A stretch of DNA of 64,000 nt from a candidate division WOR-3 bacterium (GTDB lineage Bacteria > Hydrothermota > Tepidihabitantia > Tepidihabitantales > CAIPLT01). Shown here piece after piece: positions 1 through 8,817 of this stretch. The stretch is taken from NCBI GenBank assembly GCA_965649215.1, contig CBFGJZ010000006.1, forward strand, positions 17,193-81,192, given 5' to 3'. The notes under the pieces were generated by a model. That model was not told the origin of the DNA. It did not search any database and saw nothing but the letters and a program-made list of their open reading frames with translations. Made by a program: the position numbers and the translations under genes. The number at the start of each line of letters is the position of its first letter. The stretch's first letter is position 1.

Positions 1-712
1 AAATGATTATCAGCAGTATCTAACTATCTCATATTTATTCGATAAGTATGAGCAATATTATGACCATGGGTTAGGTGTCTTTTATCAATTTAATAATGCA
101 AAGTATTTTCCCTATTCTATCAGTTATGAACAAGGTAGTTATTTAGGTGTGTTAGGTGAGATTTTTGATAAAAGACTATTAAGCGATCATAATAAAGCCG
201 ATGCTTCGTTAGTCTATGCTCAATTTATCAATTTACCAATGAAAAATCATATTCTAATGTTTAATTGTAATATTGGTTTTACTTGGGGTGATTACTTTTA
301 TACGGTGGGTAGCCCAAATGCATCATTTGTCATTCGGGGTAGTAAGCAACGCATAAGTGCGCATCATGGTATTTCTTTAATTACTGAATATCGTTTGCCA
401 ATTTTATGGATTGAACGGGGCTTAGGTACCTTACCCTTATTCTTTCAAAATATTAGTGGTAAAGTATTCTTTGATATTGGAACGGCTTATAATTCGTTCG
501 CGCAATTACAGAATGCCGAAATCCTGAAAGGTGCAGGTCTTGAATTGTCATTACAAACCTTATGTTTTTATCAAATACCCGTAAAATTTAGTATTGGTTT
601 CGCTTCAGATTTACAGAAAGCCAAGATCACCGAAATCTATTTTAAGATAAATCCCACTTTGCCTTTATTTAATAACTTCATTTTTAAAATTCCTCAGGCA
701 GTACTAAATTGA
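1..712 (+). CDS. BamA/TamA-family outer-membrane beta-barrel protein, C-terminal part (5' truncated by window)
   Basis: Frame is open from position 2 with no stop. Omp85-like C-terminal motifs: IRG, EYRLP, FFDIGTAY, GAGLEL. Confidence 0.7.
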   Translation, partial: NDYQQYLTISYLFDKYEQYYDHGLGVFYQFNNAKYFPYSISYEQGSYLGVLGEIFDKRLLSDHNKADASLVYAQFINLPMKNHILMFNCNIGFTWGDYFYTVGSPNASFVIRGSKQRISAHHGISLITEYRLPILWIERGLGTLPLFFQNISGKVFFDIGTAYNSFAQLQNAEILKGAGLELSLQTLCFYQIPVKFSIGFASDLQKAKITEIYFKINPTLPLFNNFIFKIPQAVLN

Positions 713-714
713 TG

Positions 715-743
715 TTGACATTTTTAAGAAAATAAATTATCCT
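715..743 (+). promoter_or_regulatory. sigma70-type promoter, probably leaderless, ECF sigma gene
   Basis: TTGACA(715-720)-N17-TATCCT(738-743); ATG 7 nt later; no SD. Confidence 0.65.
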
Positions 744-750
744 TAATTTT

Positions 751-1404
751 ATGATTAAGCAATTACAAAAGCCCACGGTGCATCCTGCCCTTCCTCCCGC
801 TGACTCTGAATTAGTTAAACGAGCACAACATGGAGATAATCAAGCTTTTGAAGAGTTAGTGCGGCGTTATGAACAGAAAATTTATAATACCGCATTTCGG
901 ATGTTGGGTAATCACGAAGAAGCCAAAGATGCGATGCAAGATGCTTTTTTACGGGCTTATCGTTTTCTTAAAAAATTTAAAGGGGATTCATCATTTTACA
1001 CTTGGTTGTATCGTATTACCACAAATGTCTGTTTAACCCGTCTTAAACAACGCCAGAATAAAGAAGCCAAAACCGAATCGTTAGATGCCCCTCTAAGCGA
1101 AAATGAAGATTTGCAATGGGAAATTCCTGATTATAAATATAATCCTGAGTTATTATATGAACGCCAGCAGATGCAAAAAGCCCTGCAAGATGCGATTAAT
1201 GAATTGCCATCTGACTATCGTTCCGTAGTAATTTTACGAGACCTGCAAGGGCTTTCTAATAAAGAAGTGAGTAAAGCACTACGATTGTCTGTCGCATCAG
1301 TCAAATCTCGCTTACATCGAGGCCGAGTCTTTTTACGACATCGGTTGTCTAAATATATAGATAAAAAAGTTATTAGTAATGAGAAATTGAAAGGCTATTT
1401 ATGA
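751..1404 (+). CDS. ECF RNA polymerase sigma factor (RpoE/SigW-like)
   Basis: Region 2 (AFEELVRRY, QDAFLRAY, FYTWLYRI) and region 4 (LSNKEVS, VKSRLHRGR). Confidence 0.95.
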   Translation: MIKQLQKPTVHPALPPADSELVKRAQHGDNQAFEELVRRYEQKIYNTAFRMLGNHEEAKDAMQDAFLRAYRFLKKFKGDSSFYTWLYRITTNVCLTRLKQRQNKEAKTESLDAPLSENEDLQWEIPDYKYNPELLYERQQMQKALQDAINELPSDYRSVVILRDLQGLSNKEVSKALRLSVASVKSRLHRGRVFLRHRLSKYIDKKVISNEKLKGYL

Positions 1405-1667
1405 TAAATTGTGAAAAGTTTGACTATTATCTTTCTGCCTATTTTGATGGCGAATTATCAAAAGATTTGTGTATTGAAATAATTGAACATATTGAAATTT
1501 GTCCGAATTGTCGAAACACTCATTATGCTTATTCTCGCCTGTTGACCTTCTGCCATCATTGCTGTGAAATTAAAGTACCCGAAAATGCCCATCAAGAATT
1601 ATGGCAAACCTTAACTAATATTTTACAACATCCCAAAATAAAACCAAAACGCAAATCCCGTCGCTAA
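1401..1667 (+). CDS. zf-HC2 (ZAS) anti-sigma factor, soluble
   Basis: LSAYFDGEL and HIEICPNC (HxxxCxxC); 4-nt overlap with the ECF gene; no TM segment. Confidence 0.9.
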   Translation: MINCEKFDYYLSAYFDGELSKDLCIEIIEHIEICPNCRNTHYAYSRLLTFCHHCCEIKVPENAHQELWQTLTNILQHPKIKPKRKSRR

Positions 1668-1739
1668 ACATTAAAAGTTGTAATCAAGTATCTAATCTCA
1701 TAAGATAAATTGAAAAAGAGCTAATAAAATCAGCATTTT

Positions 1740-1769
1740 TTGAATCTCTTCACCACCCTGTGAGTCTAA
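1740..1769 (+). promoter_or_regulatory. Putative ECF-sigma promoter of hsp20
   Basis: TTGAATCT(1740-1747)-N14-GAGTCTAA(1762-1769); identical motif and spacing at 29865-29894 on the minus strand. Confidence 0.7.
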
Positions 1770-1806
1770 ATAATTGAGAGAAAATAAAAAGAAAGGGGTG
1801 ATGAAT

Positions 1807-2256
1807 ATGAAAAAATGGTTAACACCTTGGGAACCTTTAAAAGAATTAGAAGAAATTCGTCGAGAAATCGACGACATCTTCGAAATGAGACCTTTTCGCT
1901 TTGGCTTAAAACCGCTCTTGGCGCGCTCTTTCTCACCGGCGATCGATATCATTGATAAGAAAGATAAAATCGTAGTTAAAGCCGAAGTTCCTGGGGTTGA
2001 TAAAAAGGATATGACAATTTCTATCTCAGACGATGAATTGGTAATTAAAGGTGAGGTGAAACGCGAACAAGAAGTCAACGAAAAAGACTACTACCACAGC
2101 GAACGATTCTATGGCACTTTCTCCCGTTCGATTGCGCTACCGGCAATGGTTGATAAATCCAAAGCCAAAGCATCCTACAAAGATGGTATCTTAGAAATTA
2201 CGCTTCCGAAAGCCGAATCCGAGAAGTCGAAAGAAGTCAAACTCGAAATCGAATAA
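1807..2256 (+). CDS. Hsp20/alpha-crystallin small heat-shock protein
   Basis: PAIDI, AEVPGV, ERFYGTFSRSIALP, YKDGILEITLPK. SD-like AGGGGTG lies 6 nt before ATG 1807. Confidence 0.95.
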   Translation: MKKWLTPWEPLKELEEIRREIDDIFEMRPFRFGLKPLLARSFSPAIDIIDKKDKIVVKAEVPGVDKKDMTISISDDELVIKGEVKREQEVNEKDYYHSERFYGTFSRSIALPAMVDKSKAKASYKDGILEITLPKAESEKSKEVKLEIE

Positions 2257-2272
2257 CCATACAGTACAACAT

Positions 2273-2310
2273 AAGGCTGGGCTTAAGAAACAGTCCAGCC
2301 TTTTTCTTTT
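2273..2310 (+). terminator. Rho-independent terminator
   Basis: AAGGCTGGGCT-loop-AGTCCAGCCTT followed by a T-run. Confidence 0.85.
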
Positions 2311-2331
2311 ATTTAGGTAACTAATTATCAA

Positions 2332-2360
2332 TTGACTAAATATTAGGAATAGTTTATGAT
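2332..2360 (+). promoter_or_regulatory. sigma70 promoter, leaderless mnmA
   Basis: TTGACT-N17-TATGAT; ATG 6 nt later. Confidence 0.7.
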
Positions 2361-2366
2361 TATGTC

Positions 2367-3428
2367 ATGACTAAACGCGTATTAGTCGCATTAAGTGGCG
2401 GCGTTGATTCCGCAGTCGCTGCTTTTTTATTAAAAGAAATGGGTTATCAAGTCATTGGTATCCATTTTAATGTTATTCCGCAATCAAAGTATTTTCATAA
2501 CCTTAAAAAAAATGAAAATGATCTGAAAAGCATCTGTGAGAAACTTGATATCCCATTACAGATTATCGATCTTCAAACTGAATTTCAAAGTCAAATAATT
2601 GATAATTTTTGTGCTGAATATATCGCCGGCCGAACACCCAATCCTTGTGTTTTATGTAATCGGATTATTAAATTTAAAAGTTTGCTTGAATACGCCATAA
2701 AATATGATGCTCAAAAGATTGCAACTGGTCATTATGCGATCATTGATTATGATAAAAGTAAAAACCAATGGCTATTACGACAAGCCGTGGATAAACAAAA
2801 AGATCAGTCCTATGTACTTTATAAATTAAATCAAGAAATACTTACTAAGACCTATTTACCATTAGGGAAACTGACTAAATCCGAAGTTCGCAGTATCGCT
2901 CAAAAATTACACTTAACAGTTGCTGATAAACCTGATAGTCAAGAAGTCTGTTTTATACCAGATCGTAATTATATCAAGTTTATAACATCCGCTCAAAGTT
3001 ATCAACCGCAAACCGGTAATATTATTAATCTCCAAGGTAAAGTGATTGGTAAACATCCCGGCATAATTTACTATACAATCGGTCAGCGTAAACGAATTGG
3101 CATTGCTTCTAAAAAGCCCTATTATGTTGTTAAGATTGATGTAAAGAACAATCAGATAATAGTAGGCGAAGAAAAAGATGTGTATCAGAAGCGATTTCAA
3201 GTAAAAGATCTCAATTATATCAATTTTAAGCGATTAACCAAAACAATAAATGCTCAAGTAAAAATTAGATATACCCATCAGCCTGCCTTAGCTTTAATTA
3301 AACCCATTAATGATCGAGTAGAAGTTGAATTTCAAGAAGCACAATGGGCTATTACTCCGGGTCAAGCTGCAGTTTTTTATGACCATGACATTGTGATTGG
3401 GGGAGGCACAATTGAATATGTTTTATGA
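2367..3428 (+). CDS. mnmA: tRNA 2-thiouridine(34) synthase
   Basis: SGGVDS, TPNPCVLCN, ATGHYA, KDQSY, DSQEVCF, TIGQR, ITPGQAAVFY. Confidence 0.97.
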   Translation: MTKRVLVALSGGVDSAVAAFLLKEMGYQVIGIHFNVIPQSKYFHNLKKNENDLKSICEKLDIPLQIIDLQTEFQSQIIDNFCAEYIAGRTPNPCVLCNRIIKFKSLLEYAIKYDAQKIATGHYAIIDYDKSKNQWLLRQAVDKQKDQSYVLYKLNQEILTKTYLPLGKLTKSEVRSIAQKLHLTVADKPDSQEVCFIPDRNYIKFITSAQSYQPQTGNIINLQGKVIGKHPGIIYYTIGQRKRIGIASKKPYYVVKIDVKNNQIIVGEEKDVYQKRFQVKDLNYINFKRLTKTINAQVKIRYTHQPALALIKPINDRVEVEFQEAQWAITPGQAAVFYDHDIVIGGGTIEYVL

Positions 3429-3444
3429 AATTGTGACTTAAAAG

Positions 3445-3472
3445 TTGACAGAAAGAAATTTTTTAATATACT
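3445..3472 (+). promoter_or_regulatory. sigma70 promoter, leaderless nfnA
   Basis: TTGACA-N16-TATACT; ATG 3478 is 5 nt later. The ORF-track TTG start is the -35 box. Confidence 0.7.
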
Positions 3473-3477
3473 ACATT

Positions 3478-4326
3478 ATGTTTAAAATACTAAAAACGCA
3501 AATTTTAGCACCAAATATAAAATTATTTGAATTTGATGCACCACTAATTGCCCGTAAAGCTAAGCCTGGTCAGTTTGTCGTCATTCGAATTAACGAACCC
3601 GGTGAACGCATTCCCCTGACTATTGCTGATGCTAAAAAAGAAGAAGGCATTTTAGTAATCGTCTTTCAAGAAGTTGGTAAATCAACTAAATTGTTAGGGA
3701 CTCTTAAAGCAGGTGATGCAGTATTAGATTTAATTGGACCATTAGGAAAACCATCGGAAATTGAAAAATATGGCACCGTTGTTTGTGTTGCTGGTGGGGT
3801 TGGCACTCCAGAAATCTTTCCCGTTGCCCGCGCCTTAAAAGAGACTGGCAATAAAGTAATTTCCATAATTGGTGCTCGCAGTAAAGAACTTTTAATTATG
3901 GAAGCAGAGATGAAGTCAGTTTCTGATGAGCTCTATCTTACCACTGATGATGGAAGTTATGGACATAAAGGATTAGTCACTGATGAACTAAAACGCCTGA
4001 TTGAGCAAGGTGTCAAAATTAATATGGTTTTTGCAGTCGGACCGGTGATCATGATGAAAGCAGTAAGCGAATTGACCAAGCCATATCAAATACCCACCAT
4101 TGTCAGTTTAAATCCAATTATGCTTGATGCGACCGGTATGTGTGGTGTTTGTCGAGTTGAAGTTGGTAAGGAAACCAAATTTGCTTGTGTTGATGGTCCG
4201 GAATTTGATGGTCACCAAGTAAATTTTGAAACTTTGATGGCACGATTGAAAACTTATCTGAAAGAAGAAAAAGAATCATTAGAACTATTTATGAAAAAAT
4301 CGCAATGTTGTTGTGGAGGTAAATAA
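3478..4326 (+). CDS. nfnA: NADH-dependent ferredoxin:NADP+ oxidoreductase small subunit (NfnA/SudB)
   Basis: PGQFV, GERIPLTI, GPLG, VAGGVG, GPVIMM, DATGMCGVCRV, CVDGPEFD. Confidence 0.9.
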   Translation: MFKILKTQILAPNIKLFEFDAPLIARKAKPGQFVVIRINEPGERIPLTIADAKKEEGILVIVFQEVGKSTKLLGTLKAGDAVLDLIGPLGKPSEIEKYGTVVCVAGGVGTPEIFPVARALKETGNKVISIIGARSKELLIMEAEMKSVSDELYLTTDDGSYGHKGLVTDELKRLIEQGVKINMVFAVGPVIMMKAVSELTKPYQIPTIVSLNPIMLDATGMCGVCRVEVGKETKFACVDGPEFDGHQVNFETLMARLKTYLKEEKESLELFMKKSQCCCGGK

Positions 4327-4328
4327 CT

Positions 4329-5726
4329 ATGCCCAAACCTGCTGAAAAGAAAACTCCAATGCGAGAACAACCACCCCAAGAACGTATCAAGAATTTTAAA
4401 GAAGTACCTTATGGATATTCAGAACAAGAAGCAATTTTAGAAGCGCAACGATGCTTACAATGTAAAAAACCATCTTGTGTGAAAGGCTGTCCGGTGGAAA
4501 TTGATATTCCCGGATTTATCAGTCGAATTGCCGAAAAAGACTTTAAGGGTGCTATAACAATTTTAAAGAAAAAGAATGTTTTACCAGCAATTTGTGGTCG
4601 AGTTTGTCCACAAGAAGATCAATGTGAAAAAGAATGTGTGCTGCGTAAGAAAATGGAACCTGTTGGCATCGGACGTTTAGAAAGATTTGCTGCGGATTGG
4701 GAAGCTCAAAGTGGTGTTACTGAAATTCCCCCGAAAATGCCACCGACCGGTAAAAAAGTAGCAGTAGTAGGTTCTGGACCAGCCGGTTTGGTTTTTGCGG
4801 GTGATCTTGTTCAATTAGGACATGAGGTTACGATTTTTGAAGCATTACATAAAGCTGGTGGAGTATTAGTCTATGGCATTCCAGAATTTCGTCTGCCCAA
4901 AGCAATTGTGCAAAGAGAAGTTGAATACGTCCAAAATTTAGGTGTCAAACTGATAACCAGTTTTGTAGTTGGTAATACAAAAACCGTGGATGAATTGTTA
5001 GCCGATTTCGATGCGGTCTTTATTGGAACTGGTGCTGGATTACCTTGGTTTATGAATATCCCAGGTGAAAATCTTAATGGTATTTACTCTGCTAATGAAT
5101 ATCTGGTTCGGTCTAATTTAATGAAAGCATATCTGTTTCCAGAATACGACACCCCGATTGTGCGTGGTCGTAGGGTAGCAACTATCGGCGGTGGTAATGT
5201 TGCAATGGACGCAGCTCGCACTGCCCTAAGATTGGGTGCAGAAAAATCAATGATTATTTATCGACGTAGTAAAACCGAAATGCCTGCTCGAATTGAAGAG
5301 ATTCATCACGCTGAAGAAGAAGGTGTTGAGTTTGAATTCTTAACCCTACCCGTTAGATACTATGGTGATGCAAACGGTTGGGTTAAAGAAATGGAATGTT
5401 TACGAATGGAATTAGGTGAGCCCGATGCTTCGGGACGCCGAAAACCAATTGCGATACCGAACTCTGAATTTCGTATTCCAGTTGATACAGTTGTTGTTGC
5501 TATTGGTCAAAGTCCTAATCCTTTAATACCCCAAACCACACCGGATTTAGCAGTTGGTAAACACGGAAATATCATTGCTGATGAAAGAACCGGGAGAACT
5601 ACCAAAAAGGGTGTTTTTGCTGGCGGTGATATTGTGACCGGTGCTGCAACTGTCATTTTGGCAATGGGCGCAGGACGAATTGCTGCCCGCTCTTGTGACG
5701 AATATCTTCGAACTGGTATTTGGTGA
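4329..5726 (+). CDS. nfnB: NfnB/SudA large subunit (GltD-like, often annotated NADPH-dependent glutamate synthase)
   Basis: RCLQCK, CPV, CGRVCPQEDQCE, GSGPAG, YGIPEFRLPK, GGGNVAMD; directly follows nfnA. Confidence 0.9.
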   Translation: MPKPAEKKTPMREQPPQERIKNFKEVPYGYSEQEAILEAQRCLQCKKPSCVKGCPVEIDIPGFISRIAEKDFKGAITILKKKNVLPAICGRVCPQEDQCEKECVLRKKMEPVGIGRLERFAADWEAQSGVTEIPPKMPPTGKKVAVVGSGPAGLVFAGDLVQLGHEVTIFEALHKAGGVLVYGIPEFRLPKAIVQREVEYVQNLGVKLITSFVVGNTKTVDELLADFDAVFIGTGAGLPWFMNIPGENLNGIYSANEYLVRSNLMKAYLFPEYDTPIVRGRRVATIGGGNVAMDAARTALRLGAEKSMIIYRRSKTEMPARIEEIHHAEEEGVEFEFLTLPVRYYGDANGWVKEMECLRMELGEPDASGRRKPIAIPNSEFRIPVDTVVVAIGQSPNPLIPQTTPDLAVGKHGNIIADERTGRTTKKGVFAGGDIVTGAATVILAMGAGRIAARSCDEYLRTGIW

Positions 5727-5769
5727 TATAAAAGTTTTAAGCTAATCTCTAATATTTAAGGAGGAAATT

Positions 5770-6012
5770 ATGAATGCAACAGCTTATATCTTAATAACTG
5801 TTGCTCATGGTACTGCTAAAAAAGTATATGAGCAATTATCCAAAATTAAAGAAATTACCCATGTTCATGCTATCTCTGGACCATATGATCTTATTGCAAT
5901 GATTCAAGCCAGTGATTTTAATACCATTGGGAATATCATTGTTGACAAAATCCAACCTATTGATGGTATCGAACGAACGTTAACTTGTAATGTGATCCAA
6001 TTTGAACAATAA
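5770..6012 (+). CDS. Stand-alone Lrp/AsnC ligand-binding (RAM) domain protein
   Basis: AYILI, ISGPYDLIA, IDGIERTLT; no HTH; SD AAGGAGG. Confidence 0.88.
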   Translation: MNATAYILITVAHGTAKKVYEQLSKIKEITHVHAISGPYDLIAMIQASDFNTIGNIIVDKIQPIDGIERTLTCNVIQFEQ

Positions 6013-6063
6013 CACATTATTTTGAGGTCAAATACTTCATAATACAACATTTAGTAGTAAATG

Positions 6064-6092
6064 TTGACTAATTAGCTTATTTATGGTAATAT
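6064..6092 (+). promoter_or_regulatory. sigma70 promoter of gdhA (extended -10)
   Basis: TTGACT-N17-TAATAT with TG extension; leadered, SD AAGGAG. Confidence 0.6.
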
Positions 6093-6158
6093 TTTATTTA
6101 ATTTAGAGGCGAGGAAAATTATTTATATTAAATTCGAAATAGAGAGAAGGAGTAAAAT

Positions 6159-7499
6159 ATGAGTGATAAAATAAACGCCTTTATGGAATATGTTAAGGCA
6201 AAAAACCCAAATGAACCGGAATTTCATCAAGCCGTGTTTGAAGTAGTATCATCAATAATGCCTTTTGTCGAAAAGCATCCAAAATACGAAAAGGCTAAAA
6301 TCCTACAAAGAATGGTTGAACCTGAGCGAGTAATAATCTTTCGAGTACCGTGGATTGATGATAAAGGAGAAATACAAGTAAATCGTGGTTATCGTATTCA
6401 AATGAACAGTGCAATCGGTCCTTACAAAGGTGGTTTACGTTTTCATAAATCAGTCAATCTCAGTATCTTAAAGTTCCTTGCTTTTGAACAAGTCTTTAAG
6501 AATGCCCTAACAACCTTACCGATGGGGGGAGGCAAAGGGGGAAGTGATTTTGACCCAACCGGCAAATCAGAAAATGAAATTATGCGATTCTGTCAATCCT
6601 TTATGAATGAACTATTCCGACATATTGGCGCCGACACTGATGTTCCCGCAGGTGATATTGGGGTCGGTACTCGAGAAATCGGATACCTCTTTGGACAATA
6701 TAAGAAACTTCGTAATGAGTTTACCGGTGTTTTAACCGGTAAAAGTCCTTATTGGGGCGGTAGTTTAATTCGTCCTGAAGCAACTGGTTATGGTTTAGTC
6801 TATTTTGCTCAAGAAATGCTCAAAACTAAAGGAATGAGTTTCGAAGGTAAAACTGTTGCAGTCTCAGGATTTGGTAATGTTGCCTGGGGTGCAGTTCAAA
6901 AAGTAAATGATTTAGGTGGTAAAGTAGTTACTTTATCAGGACCGGACGGCTTTATCTATGACCCCGATGGCGTTAAAGGTGAAAAAGTAGATTTTATGTT
7001 AGAAATGAGAGCGAGTAATCGAGACCAAGTTAAAGATTATGCGGATAAATTCAAGGTTAAGTTTTTCCCAGGCAAGAAAGCATGGAGTGTTAAATGTGAT
7101 ATTGCTCTTCCATGTGCGACCCAGAATGAAATTTATGAAGAAGATGCCTTAGAATTAGTTAAAAATGGCTGTATTTGTGTTGCCGAAGGCGCCAATATGC
7201 CAAGTCGCCCTGAAGCGATCGATGTTTTCTTAAAAGCAAAAATTCTTTTTGCACCTGGTAAAGCTGCTAATGCTGGTGGGGTATCAGTGAGTGGTTTAGA
7301 AATGACCCAAAACAGTATGCGTCTAAATTGGAGTCGGGAAGAAGTTGATAAAAAATTACAAACGATAATGAAAGATATTCATGAACAGTGCGTTAAATAT
7401 GGTAAACAAGCTGATGGTTTTGTTAATTATGTGGAAGGTGCAAATATCAGTGGCTTCATCAAAGTTGCAGAAGCAATGTTAGCACAAGGTGTAGTATAA
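6159..7499 (+). CDS. gdhA: NAD(P)-specific glutamate dehydrogenase
   Basis: GPYKGGLRFH, MGGGKGGSDF, DVPAGDIGVG, RPEATGYG, EGANMP, KAANAGGV. Confidence 0.97.
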   Translation: MSDKINAFMEYVKAKNPNEPEFHQAVFEVVSSIMPFVEKHPKYEKAKILQRMVEPERVIIFRVPWIDDKGEIQVNRGYRIQMNSAIGPYKGGLRFHKSVNLSILKFLAFEQVFKNALTTLPMGGGKGGSDFDPTGKSENEIMRFCQSFMNELFRHIGADTDVPAGDIGVGTREIGYLFGQYKKLRNEFTGVLTGKSPYWGGSLIRPEATGYGLVYFAQEMLKTKGMSFEGKTVAVSGFGNVAWGAVQKVNDLGGKVVTLSGPDGFIYDPDGVKGEKVDFMLEMRASNRDQVKDYADKFKVKFFPGKKAWSVKCDIALPCATQNEIYEEDALELVKNGCICVAEGANMPSRPEAIDVFLKAKILFAPGKAANAGGVSVSGLEMTQNSMRLNWSREEVDKKLQTIMKDIHEQCVKYGKQADGFVNYVEGANISGFIKVAEAMLAQGVV

Positions 7500-7522
7500 T
7501 AACTATTAATCTCTTAATATGC

Positions 7523-7550
7523 AGGGCATCTTAACGAGATGCCCTTTTAT
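7523..7550 (+). terminator. Rho-independent terminator
   Basis: AGGGCATCT-TAACG-AGATGCCCT followed by T-rich tail. Confidence 0.85.
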
Positions 7551-7578
7551 TTACTTAGAAAGGAAAATCTTTTATAAT
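7550..7578 (+). promoter_or_regulatory. sigma70 promoter, leaderless
   Basis: TTTACT-N17-TATAAT; ATG 7 nt later. Confidence 0.6.
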
Positions 7579-7585
7579 ATCTTAG

Positions 7586-8551
7586 ATGGTAAAAGCAATT
7601 GGATTAATTTCTGGCGGTTTAGATAGCATTCTAGCCGTAAGAATGATTTTAGAGCAAAATATCCAAGTGATTGGAGTGTGCTTTACCTCGCCATTTTTTG
7701 ATAATTCTCAAACCGTACAAGAAATCTGTAAAAAGTTACAAATCAAATTAAAAATTATTAAATGTGGAACAGACTATATTGAAATAATCAAACATCCCCG
7801 TTACGGTTATGGAAAAAACTTAAATCCTTGTATTGATTGTCATGCTTATATGCTAAAAAAAGCTCGACAAGTAATGACACAAGAAAATGCAGATTTTGTT
7901 TTTACTGGTGAAGTTCTTAATGAACGTCCGATGTCGCAAAATCGGCAAGCTCTCTCTAACATTGAACGATTAGCCGGTTTAACTGGTCGCCTATTAAGAC
8001 CTTTATCTGCAAAATTATTAGAGATAACTATTCCTGAACAAATGAATTTAGTTGATCGATCAAAGCTTGGCCAAATCAGTGGTCGCTCTCGCAAACCCCA
8101 ATTATTATTAGCAAAATATTATAGCATTGAGGAAATACCCCAGCCGGCTGGCGGATGTTTACTTACTGATCCTAATTACAGTAAACGCCTAAAAGATGCT
8201 TTATCTCATCATGAAGAAACTTTTGATGATTTTGAATTATTAAAAATTGGACGCCATTTCCGCTTGCCGGATGGTGCAAAAATCATTGTTGGTCGTAATC
8301 AATCAGAAAATGAGCGGTTACTAAAATTAACTAATAAAGCAGATCTGATAATTGAACCAAGTGAAACTACTGGGCCGCTGGTATTGGTTTTTAATAGTAA
8401 AGATCGTGAACAAGCGAAAAATTTTGCAGTTGGCTTATGTTCCTATTATAGTGATAAAAATAACACAAATCTTGTCAAAGTCAAAGTTAACAGTATAATA
8501 ATTGAAGCACACCCAATAAGTAAGAAACTTATTGAGCAAATGCGAATTTAA
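7586..8551 (+). CDS. PP-loop tRNA thiouridylase-like protein (ThiI/MnmA-like, no THUMP, C-terminal DUF814/NFACT-R-like)
   Basis: SGGLDS, NPCIDCH, TGEVLNERPMSQ, PAGGCLLTD, GRHFR, GRNQSEN. Confidence 0.8.
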   Translation: MVKAIGLISGGLDSILAVRMILEQNIQVIGVCFTSPFFDNSQTVQEICKKLQIKLKIIKCGTDYIEIIKHPRYGYGKNLNPCIDCHAYMLKKARQVMTQENADFVFTGEVLNERPMSQNRQALSNIERLAGLTGRLLRPLSAKLLEITIPEQMNLVDRSKLGQISGRSRKPQLLLAKYYSIEEIPQPAGGCLLTDPNYSKRLKDALSHHEETFDDFELLKIGRHFRLPDGAKIIVGRNQSENERLLKLTNKADLIIEPSETTGPLVLVFNSKDREQAKNFAVGLCSYYSDKNNTNLVKVKVNSIIIEAHPISKKLIEQMRI

Positions 8552-8566
8552 TTAGAAGGAGCAATC

Positions 8567-8806
8567 ATGACCGAAGAAATAAAACAAAAAGTCAAAGAAA
8601 TTATTGATAACACCATCCGGTCCAGTCTTAAAGCAGATGGTGGTAATATTGAACTAGTGGAAATAACGGACAGTGGAATTGTTCGGGTTAAATTACAAGG
8701 TGCCTGCGCTACTTGCCCTTTTTCTCAATTAACGATGGCAATGGGAGTTGAACGAACCATTAAAGAGGCAATTCCTGAAATTGAACGAGTTGAATTAGCA
8801 GAATAA
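8567..8806 (+). CDS. NifU C-terminal/NfuA-type Fe-S carrier
   Basis: ADGGNIEL, LQGACATC; SD AAGGAG. Confidence 0.92.
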   Translation: MTEEIKQKVKEIIDNTIRSSLKADGGNIELVEITDSGIVRVKLQGACATCPFSQLTMAMGVERTIKEAIPEIERVELAE

Positions 8807-8817
8807 TTGATAAGGCT

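Noticed and set aside
1740-1770. CIRCE (HrcA) or HAIR (HspR) operator before hsp20
   Set aside because: GAGTCTAA resembles a CIRCE half-site, but no inverted partner exists at either locus; the fixed-spacing non-palindromic pair fits a sigma promoter better.
1698-2078. Antisense and alternative-frame ORFs in the track (this one and e.g. 2913-3200, 20655-21347, 27079-27396, 49942-50334, 59733-60023, 62788-63171)
   Set aside because: Shadows of well-supported genes, with no motifs of their own.
4329-5726. Glutamate synthase small subunit
   Set aside because: No gltB nearby; adjacency to an NfnA-type gene indicates NfnB/SudA.
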